A stretch of DNA of 37,626 nt, taken from a virus. Its lineage: Duplodnaviria > Caudoviricetes. The DNA lies in IMG/VR virus record IMGVR_UViG_3300012953_004257, positions 1 through 37,626 of that record. One strand, written 5' to 3'. Each line of letters opens with the position of its first letter. Position 1 is the first letter of the stretch. A program made the translations under genes and the position numbers. This document shows positions 18,201 to 26,600 of this stretch, piece after piece. The notes under the pieces were generated by a model. The model had not been told where the DNA came from. It did no database searches and worked only from the letters and a program-made list of their open reading frames with translations.

Positions 18201-19401
18201 TGCTGAATCTTATAGGATGACCATTAGAACCTGCTTGATTAGATGCATCGGATTGGTTAAATTTAATTAAATAATTTGCTCTAACTTGAATATTTTCAGG
18301 GGCGAAATAATATTGTCCTGCTGTGAAAGGACCAAATTTTGCTGCATCAGTTCCAAAATCAATATAATATGGATTGATTGTTATAGGATCTCCACTAATT
18401 TTAAACTGGAATCCGTTAGAACCTAATACAACATCATTTGCTTGGAAAGGATCTCCTGTTAATAATCTAATGTATACTCTAGTAACAGTGCCAGAAGTTG
18501 TAACAACTTTAGCGATTTCACCTCTAGCAGTTCCAGAAACTTCATCAACAATTCTACCAACTTCAATAGCACCAAGAGTCTCATCTACTGCTGTTACATC
18601 AACAACTATATTTCCTGTTTCTACTTTAATATTCCAAGTATAAAGTTGAATATTTCCCCAATCAAATACACCATTGGAAAGATTAAATTCATTTATGATA
18701 TTCTTCGTTTGATAATAATAAACACCACTATCATTTACAGCATCATAAGTTGTTGTATTTTTTATGTAATCATATTTTACAGTATCTACAGAGAAATTTG
18801 TAGGTGTTCCTCCTGCTGTTCCCCATTCTGGAGTATGAAGTAAAGCACCATTTGCCATGACACCAAGTGCTTTATTCTTTTGAAATTCTCTTGTTCCTGA
18901 ATATGGAACATCTTTACCACCACGATAAATTATCGTATGATCAAAACTCCTATCTACAACATCTGTAGAACCACCTGGTTGTCTTTCAGTTAGAAAAATT
19001 TGAGATGGTTTAGGATGATTATCGGTAACTAGTCTAAGTCTATCAGAAGTAAACGTACCTACGGTAGAAGAATTAGGATGAGACTGCCATACTCTATTAA
19101 TATCAAATGATGTAACAACGTTTGGAGTTTCCTGTTCAGGAATAATTTGCAATCTTAAAGGATCGTATCCCTTACCTCTGTTTAGAACTCTTACATGAAT
19201 AATTCTTCCAGAATCAGAATCAATAATTGGATATAATAATGCTTCTGTATCAGGAGTTCCACAACCAGTTACAGTAAGACGTGGGGGATCAGTCGGGACG
19301 TATCCAGATCCTCCATTTATTACTCTGACCGCACGAACACCAAATATTTCATCAAATATCGGTTCAATTACAGCACCAGTTCCAGGAACAGTTCTTGCCA
19401 T
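15253..19401 (-). CDS. Virion structural protein with split YHYH-type domain, two cupredoxin-like modules and GxGY repeats (1382 aa)
   Basis: ORF track. ALGVMANGALL…HSQILGVSFDGYPIYGPWG…LDEFNGKFAVTPEYPNGTYAYF…YPY match the YHYH-domain pattern. HPIRF…YFHCAYHTHMAG is cupredoxin-like. Repeated GSGY-x-x-x-P-x-I-x-x-x-GGGG-x-GA units. Confidence 0.85.
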   Translation of the reverse strand: MARTVPGTGAVIEPIFDEIFGVRAVRVINGGSGYVPTDPPRLTVTGCGTPDTEALLYPIIDSDSGRIIHVRVLNRGKGYDPLRLQIIPEQETPNVVTSFDINRVWQSHPNSSTVGTFTSDRLRLVTDNHPKPSQIFLTERQPGGSTDVVDRSFDHTIIYRGGKDVPYSGTREFQKNKALGVMANGALLHTPEWGTAGGTPTNFSVDTVKYDYIKNTTTYDAVNDSGVYYYQTKNIINEFNLSNGVFDWGNIQLYTWNIKVETGNIVVDVTAVDETLGAIEVGRIVDEVSGTARGEIAKVVTTSGTVTRVYIRLLTGDPFQANDVVLGSNGFQFKISGDPITINPYYIDFGTDAAKFGPFTAGQYYFAPENIQVRANYLIKFNQSDASNQAGSNGHPIRFSTTPDGPLNQSPGALYYNSTGVSQAPSADYESIFAPLFLMNSDETANIYFHCAYHTHMAGYTGDEGYISLNTTSETYTPTNNYYVADFYQSDSNDPNTIDRSRYTDGHSQILGVSFDGYPIYGPWGYNSSGAVARETSSYRLRTTAELAGARPQVNTVSTVTYTVTISNGQFLFGGSRPSFLELDRGKTYVFNQNDASNDSQHLLISTTSDGWHGQNPVIIGNTANLYSGNGIKYYIDGSEVTYQSYLSGFNLASSREIRFTVPVNAPSALYLFAYTTAGHGIRTVQEGYVLGDLVEDYIYDSTVGTLDEFNGKFAVTPEYPNGTYAYFMTEDSSGNPVYPYAIGPKMYGTPLFEGATAPAQPTVFPTEAEGDVVLASDGSVSYIKMTKKGDNFFGPAKAKILGGQGTGALGTPTVQTVTGLALLGGGRSYATPPTLIFEGGGGQGAQGAAEIDTLGKVTSIAVTNSGEFYQEPPYILITGGGGIGAKAEATIAQGVITAINITDPGSGYTSVPNIIFTKLVTLKRKSRARQAFNSSNLYLTGLVKNVTASDSEIYVSSTDAFPGSGQILLNYETITYTSKAAGKFGGLTRGVNFNYDQRVILDAGQNDSSGVSTYAFNVGDRVIRKVENANNKVAKVYDWNPISRELLVTFEVDELAFIDGGIPSTEDAIVQFDGGVASSAPSGFLPHTVLTTTGSSIFLLTEPVSTLADRSFQDILPTAAGDGIADLDNTGTDYANQISLDGGIYNSLYGIEETQGGTNTTLFQVGDNVKDGSIPFKYATILTAGALSDGVEHTALLSITVDATNGNGQNYSVNEVVTGATSGVIGTVVSWDPNTSTLVVGSIVPFNTGNIAVGIAGYLYEFSHDSTVVDVLVQNPGTNYTAAPTVAFENTGDIQATGTAVLTAAGDQVASITINNGGYGIPQTVDGTYALHPTITFTNATGDTTGANASAQAILGGEDLVGNGGARYRIKSIDHQATVRS

Positions 19402-19404
19402 CTA

Positions 19405-20640
19405 TTAACCCACAATAGTGATAGTTCCATTCATTTGTGAATGGATTGTGCATTGATAATAAAGTGTAGTAGGTGCATCCATCGGAACAGTCCAGTAAAG
19501 AACTGCAGTTCCACTACCACTTTGACCAGTAGTATATGGAGTTCCACTTAATCCTTGAGAACTCTGAATTCTAAATGGATGAGCACCACCATTTGTAGAG
19601 TTATCAAAAGCATATGTTGCTCCTCTCATAACATAGATTGTAGGATCATTTGTTGCTGCAGAGAAACCAGGACCATTGAATGTAAAGTTTTGTGCGTTAC
19701 CAGTAGCACCAAGTTCCCACCATGTGAGAGGTGATCTAGTAACAACCCAATTAGATCCATTGTAGAATAATGAATCACCTTGAGTAAGACCAGATGTATC
19801 TGCGTTACTTAAAGATCCTAAAGTTGTTACCAACGTTCCACTGAAGTTAACGGTAACCGTATCACCTGCAACCGCAGTGGTGATATTACTTCCACCAGCT
19901 ATGGTTAATGTATCTGTGGTAGTGTTTGCTGTAGTGCTACCACTGTCACCAGTAAAGGTAGCAAACAAGTTTTGAGTAGATCCTGAAGTTCCCTGAATAT
20001 CATCTGCAGGAGCAAATTTACTACTAGCAGCAACCCACTTCAATACTTGACCATCAGTAGGTGCTGCAGTTGTAATATCAACATCAGATAATAATCCAAC
20101 ACTAGAATATTCTGTTAGAACTTTTGCTCTTACATCGCCCGCTCCACCTGCTGTTATATTAATATTTACATAAGGGTTATCATCACCATCTATAGTGAAA
20201 AAGTAACCAGTATATGTCGCTGCAGCAGGAGCAGCAGACAAAGATGTATATTCGTTTTTATAATAAACTTTTGTAGGTAAATCAATTATTCCTGTAGTTC
20301 CGTTGAAAGTATTAGTAACACTTCCATTAGTAATACTTACGTTTCCAGTTCCGTTAGGGGTAATTGCTATATTACCATTAGTCGAAGATACAATATTGTT
20401 GCCATTTACATCTAATGAAGATGTGAGTTGAGTATAATCGGAAGGTAAAAACGTACTTCCATTATATCTAAGAACGTGACCAACAGCAGGGTTTGAAACA
20501 CTAACAGTTAGCGTAGTTCCATTACCGATGGCACCGTATATTTCGTTAAAGTTATCATTGATCTTATCGCCACCAGCTCTCAGGGTATCACCTGAGTTAT
20601 CATTTGCTGATGAACCTAGACCTAGTGCTTGTTTAGCCAT
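19405..20640 (-). CDS. Short fibre protein with T4 gp9/gp10-like N-terminal anchor and C-terminal cupredoxin-like domain (411 aa)
   Basis: MAKQALGLGSSANDNSGDTLRAGGDKINDNFNEIY resembles the gp9/gp10 N-terminal motif (D-x-x-GD-x-LR-x-G-x-x-KIN-x-NF-x-E-x-Y). Three G-x-x-L-x-Y/W-x-x-x-x-x-F/W fibre repeats. C-terminal HPFRI…LYYQCTIHSQMNGTITI. Confidence 0.85.
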   Translation of the reverse strand: MAKQALGLGSSANDNSGDTLRAGGDKINDNFNEIYGAIGNGTTLTVSVSNPAVGHVLRYNGSTFLPSDYTQLTSSLDVNGNNIVSSTNGNIAITPNGTGNVSITNGSVTNTFNGTTGIIDLPTKVYYKNEYTSLSAAPAAATYTGYFFTIDGDDNPYVNINITAGGAGDVRAKVLTEYSSVGLLSDVDITTAAPTDGQVLKWVAASSKFAPADDIQGTSGSTQNLFATFTGDSGSTTANTTTDTLTIAGGSNITTAVAGDTVTVNFSGTLVTTLGSLSNADTSGLTQGDSLFYNGSNWVVTRSPLTWWELGATGNAQNFTFNGPGFSAATNDPTIYVMRGATYAFDNSTNGGAHPFRIQSSQGLSGTPYTTGQSGSGTAVLYWTVPMDAPTTLYYQCTIHSQMNGTITIVG

Positions 20641-20660
20641 TAATCGATACGTTTTTTAGT

Positions 20661-20668
20661 TATTTATA
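20661..20668 (-). promoter_or_regulatory. T4 late promoter, perfect TATAAATA, overlapping the stop codon of the giant gene
   Basis: Plus strand tatttata at 20661-20668. The TAA stop (20664-20666) lies within it, and it is 20 nt upstream of the ATG at 20640. Confidence 0.8.
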
Positions 20669-23600
20669 GGATCTCTGGATCAATTACTTCTTCACCATAC
20701 AGAGATAAATCAGGTGCAGTCCAATCATCAGGAACACTACTCTCAACTGTAACAGTTGGATTTTGATATCCAGATCCAGTTGCGCTTAGTTCAACACCCG
20801 CAACACCAACTAGTGCACGAATATTTCCATCAAAACCAGAGATAGAGTCAACACGAACTGTAGGTCGGGAAGTGTATCCTGAACCACCACCAGTTACCTG
20901 AACATTATTAATAAATCCAGATGTTAGAGCTGCAGTTCCGACAGCGTTCTGTCCAAATACAGATCCAAGATAATCAAATGTAATTAGAGAGTTAGACGAT
21001 TCAATAACCGCAACTTCTCTGTCTGAAGTCTCACCTTGAATATCAATAAAGTCACCAGGTTCAACTGGAGGAACAACTTCAGCAGCATCAACGTCCGCCT
21101 CAGAACCAACATAAGAGAAGGCAACGAATGTTGATCCAAATCTAGGAACTTCAGTAAAGATTATTCTAGAACCAACAATCTCAAAACCAATACCAGGTTC
21201 CTGAATAACACCATTCAATGAAACAATAATATTATTTTCAGGTCTGATTGTGCTTGACTGTACACCTTCAGTTAGAGTCAATGAGTAGAATACATCATTA
21301 CGTTTCAAGTTAAATGATTGACTCAATGAATCAAACTCGAAACTAATATCATCAAGTTGTCTTAGTTTACCAACGTAGAATCCTGTAAAGGATGCTCCCA
21401 AGTCAGGTGCTTCAGTAAACTGAATGGTATCAGAGAACGCTGTGTATGCATTAGTTGCACCAGGTGGTTGTAGAATACCATTGATAAAGATGAGCATGTG
21501 TCCTGCAGGATCAGGTAGATATTGAGTTCCATTATTCTGTGTGAGTTTAAATTGTGTTTGAACTCCATCAAATCCTCTAAATGAACGTTTAACACGAGCC
21601 TTAACATCTTCAACATTGAGAATCGCTGCAGCATAACTATCAGGACCTTTAATACCATCATTGTCAGTAAACGAACCAACAACTCCAGAGAGATATAATC
21701 TCTTATTCAAAACGACATCTTCAATATCTTGAACTCTTGCTGCTCCTGCACCTGCAGTTACAACAGATGTGGTGACTGTTGCATATCCAACAGGGAATGC
21801 AGTTCCTGTTCCATAATCACCAACAATATCACCATTAGTAATAGTTCCCTGAACAGGAATTACATATAAGAAGTTATTAGAGATATCTACTTCAGCAATA
21901 ATTGCGTAAACAGAAGTCTGTTGAACACCACCAACAACCTTATAAAGTCTATTACCCTCAGTAAATACATTCAAACCACTGATAACAGAAATACCAAAGC
22001 GAGTATTACCCGTAGAAGCAATCAAATCACCAACTTTAATATCTAAACCTGCATGCTTCTTAACATCAATAAACTTCCTAGAAGTTTGAGGATATACAAC
22101 TGCAGTTGTTTCAAATGTTCCATTTAGACTTGCAGTATCAACTGTCAACGTACCGCCAGTGTTATCTGTGACCGCTGCTTTATTTTGATAGAATGCTGTT
22201 GGTTGAGCAGTGTTACCACTTGTATATCCTTTGAATGGGATATTATTTACAAATTCTCCTTGAAGATCAATGATATGAACACGACTCTCAATAGCACTAA
22301 TCTGAGCAGTAGTAGAGTTAGATGCACCAACAACGTTATCAGTGATTGCCCAAGTTCCTGCGGTTACCCGAACATCAAGATACTTATAGTTTGTATCTTC
22401 GTAGAAACCGTATACAACACCCGTAACACCACCTGCTCCCTGTTTAGCAACAGTTTCACCCATTGTGTAAGGACCATCAGTTATACTGCCATCAATTCTA
22501 AATCTCTGATAAACTTGAACTACTTGTCCAGTATTTTCTGTAAGTGTTTCAACTTCAGCAGATGCATCACTGAGTAAACCATAGAAATAGTCAGCAGCAG
22601 AAACACCACCACTAATTCCAATTGGAACTTCTGGATTACCATATTTAATTGCAGGAACAGTTATAGCATTACTGGAAGTAACGGTTGTATAGTAAGTTGA
22701 TTGTGCTAATTGATTTCTAATAATATTTAAATGATAACGAATAAATCTTTGAATTGTAGATTTGTTATAATCTGATGCAAGAGTAGAATCATAGAACTTA
22801 TAGAAAGATGCAAGAGTTGAAGGAGATGTTAAAGTATTGTCAAGTGCCTTACCCATGAAATCTTCAAGATTGTTTAATGCAAATGTCTTGATGTTATAAT
22901 CAGTATTTGAATAGAATAATTGACCAGATGCTGCAGTATAAGGATCAAGTGCACCCTTATTAAGTTTATGACCCCAAACTAATATTCCATCAGTCCCATT
23001 ACCTGCATGAACTAAAGCACCTGATGAACTTCTAACATATACTTTTGTGCGGAATTCAGAGAATCCAAATCCAAATGTTGTTGTAATATAAGCACGATAC
23101 CATCCGTTACCATGAGGAATAACTCCAAAGGCATCTACATTTATAGAAACATCGGGTGTAAAGATAGAACCTTTAGTTCCATTTGATAAATCAAGATCAA
23201 AGAATGCTCTTTGACGTGTAGCAAGACCATCATCAAGTGCTAGGTATATACGAGTCTTATCATACCCACCTGCCTTAACAAAGATTGAATATGTGTATGT
23301 CTGAGTAGCTGCATCACCTGCAGAACCAGTATCAAATGTTTCAGTTCCAGAGTCAAATTTTACAGTATCACTATCAAAAGTTTCAAAAGAACTTAGGGTA
23401 AAGTTTTTATATTTTTCATGCTCAGTGTTATTAGTAGAAGGAATTAATTTATCTGCTGTTGTAGATTCATCAGGAGCAGCTGCGACATTTAATGTAGTAG
23501 TTGTTTCTGATGCAGTCCAACCTGTAGCATTAAGATTTTCTGGATCAGGGAAAAGGTTTGTAGTAGAAACAAGACCTTCAATATTAGATGTAAGAGTTCT

Positions 23601-26600
23601 TGCTCTCGAAAGAATCTTAACATTAGTTGGATTATTATACCAGTTATAAGAAGAACTTACACCACTAGATGCAATGGTTCCTGTCGCACCACTAGGTGCA
23701 GTTAGAGTATTGGTAGCTACCCATGCAGTGCTTCCAAATGCACCAACATAAAGAATCTTAGCATCTGCATCCCACTCAAGAACAGTTGCTTCTCCACCAC
23801 CACTAGAAGTTACAATTTCACCAACAGCAAACGTACCTGAACTTGCACTCAGTGTAATAGTATATGCTGTAGATTTATCGTAAGTATTAGTTGTAATAAT
23901 ATCATGAACAATATCAGAAACAACACCTTCTACGAAATCTTCTTGTGCATCAGTCCATGCACCAGATCCAAATTGTGCATTAACTAGAGATTGTAATTCA
24001 TTAGTATAGTAATTTTCATTAAATTCAATTTGTTTAGCAGCAGATCTTGCTTCTTTTCCACCAGGTGAGAATATCTCTTTAACAACTTCAATTAAATCTC
24101 TCCATGCATACACAACATCATTAATAGCGGTAGTTGAAACAGAATCTCGATATGCTGTTTCATCAGTATACTGTGCTGCATATTGAGTAGAACCTGCAGA
24201 ATCACCATTAGTATACAATCCATTTTCAATCGCATACTCACCGAGAATACCTACTTGTTCAATAGCATATAATGCTGCAGGGAGAACATTATCAATAGTT
24301 TGAATATTGAGAACAGCAGTTAAGTAAGTGCTTGCCTCTTGAATTGCACTATCTGTTCCACCAGCTTGTAAATCAGAAATAAGAGCAACTATTAGATCTT
24401 CAACATCTAACTCATCATTGTAAGAACCTGCATTATAATTAACACCGTTTAGAACGTATCCAAGATATTGTAGAACTAAACCATTAACTTCTTCTTTAAT
24501 GAATTTCTTGTTGAAATATGCTCTATCTGCACCTGTTGCAAAATCTGCACCTGTTGGAGCAATAACATCATTAATTGTTGTAATAAGAGTATCAACAGCA
24601 GCAGTAACAGTATCAAAGTAATTTGAAACTCCTGCACCAGTAACACCCCAGTTACCAACAACAATACTATTAGTATTAGTGTCATCTAAGGTTCCTAAAA
24701 TTGCTTGTTTTGCATAATATGCAAGTCTTTCATGAGCATAAACTGATTGGAATACTTGAAGACGAATATAACGTAACCCACCATTGCTATTAATATAGAA
24801 TCCAACACCTGATATAGTATCAATATTACCACCTTCTTGAATATCGTTTGCTATAGCATCTAAAAATAGACCTAAATCAGTTTTACAACGAATAGTTCCA
24901 TCAGTGCTTGCACCACTTTGGTTTCTAGGCATATCCTGTGCTAGTTCAGGATAACGCTGTAGCATATCATACGCTGCTTTATCAACAATCGGTGTGCGAT
25001 TAAGTCTAATTAAGTTTGCAGCATCTCTAAAGCGATACTGAGTATCAGGACCAATTTGATTAGTGTAAGAAACATCAGTTCCTGCATCATGATAATCAAC
25101 TGATAGACTTGTCTCAATATAAGCATCTACTGTTCCACCAACAAACTCATACTGAGGTTCAACTTTAGTAACGCTTGCTAAATGATCAACAGGTGTTGCA
25201 GCAGAAGCGTTTGTAATTGTATCTGTAATAATATTAATTAAGTTACCAACAGTGGAATATACATCAGCACAGTCACCAGTGGTGTAATTTAATTCAGTGA
25301 CAGAATTAGTTACTGCGGATACAAATGTATGAGTATATTGATCTTGTGCTCCTGATTTACCAACATTAACTGTAATTGATGTGTTTGCAACAACAGCAGT
25401 GACAGCTAGAACTGCCTTTGCAGCAGGATCAGTTTTTCTTGGATATGCAGTAGGACGATCATTACCATCTTTGTCACAAGTAAATGTGATACCACCGATT
25501 GCAATATTAACTATTGATGATGTGGTCATTGAATGAGTTCCAATGGTCAATACCATTTCACCAGTAGCAGAATTGTAAGTTGCATTAGTAGGTGTAAACT
25601 GATTTAATGTAGTGTAAGAAGAATCAGTAATTGAAGTATCAGTAAATTGAGTTAGACCATGATCACCTTGAATTGGCCAAAGAGCATTAGTAATGACATA
25701 CTGAAGCATATCATCAACTTTTTCATAAGCAAATAATGTTTCTTTAACAGCAGGTTCAATCTGTGCAATAGCAACTGGATTTACAGTTCTATCAACATAG
25801 TATGATGCAGCATCCCAAATATGATTATTAGATCCATTACGAAGATCTTGAATGATTGCATTCAATGTATCACGAATATCATCTTCACAGTTAATACCTT
25901 CATCAGCAATAACTCCTCCTGTGACTGCAGATACAAATGTATGTAAGTAGTTACCACCAGTAACAACTGCGTTTGCTGCAGCAGATACAAAAGTATGAGC
26001 GTATTGATCTGCTTGAGCAGAAACACCAACGTTAATAGTTACAGTTCCACTTTGTTTAATTAGTGCACCTGAAGTTGCAGAAACAAATGCATGTGTAGAA
26101 GTATCACTAGATGTTCCAATATCAATAGTAAATGTATCAGCATCAACAACGGTTACTGCAACCCACTCACCTCTGATAGGATCAGTCTGTCTTGGATATG
26201 TGTGGTTTGTAGCATTACTATCGTAAGCACATGTAAATGTTAATGAATTATCAGCAATTTGAATTCTATTGCCAGTAGATAATCCATGGTTACCACTTGT
26301 ATTGACTGTTAAAATACCTGTTGTAGGAATATATGCAGCACTACTAATATCTTGTGTAGTTGTTCCGACTGCAGTTACATCTAGAGCAGTATTATACGCA
26401 GGATCAGGAGATCCATCGCCAGCAGTTGCACGAGGATAAGTCTTCTGTGCACTGTTGCTATCTTGTGTGCAAGTAAATGTGAATGAATTTGCAGTTAATC
26501 TAATTTGTGTTCCAACATTAATTGTATGATTAGCAATGGTCATTACAAATGCACCAGTTGCAGGATCGTACGTTGCGTTAGTTGGTTGGAAATTAACTAA

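Noticed and set aside
19405-19720. Calling the cupredoxin-like domain a plastocyanin (petE) auxiliary metabolic gene
   Set aside because: It is fused to a fibre with a baseplate-type anchor, has no signal peptide, and its ligand loop is C-x2-H-x2-M rather than plastocyanin's C-x-P-H-x4-M.
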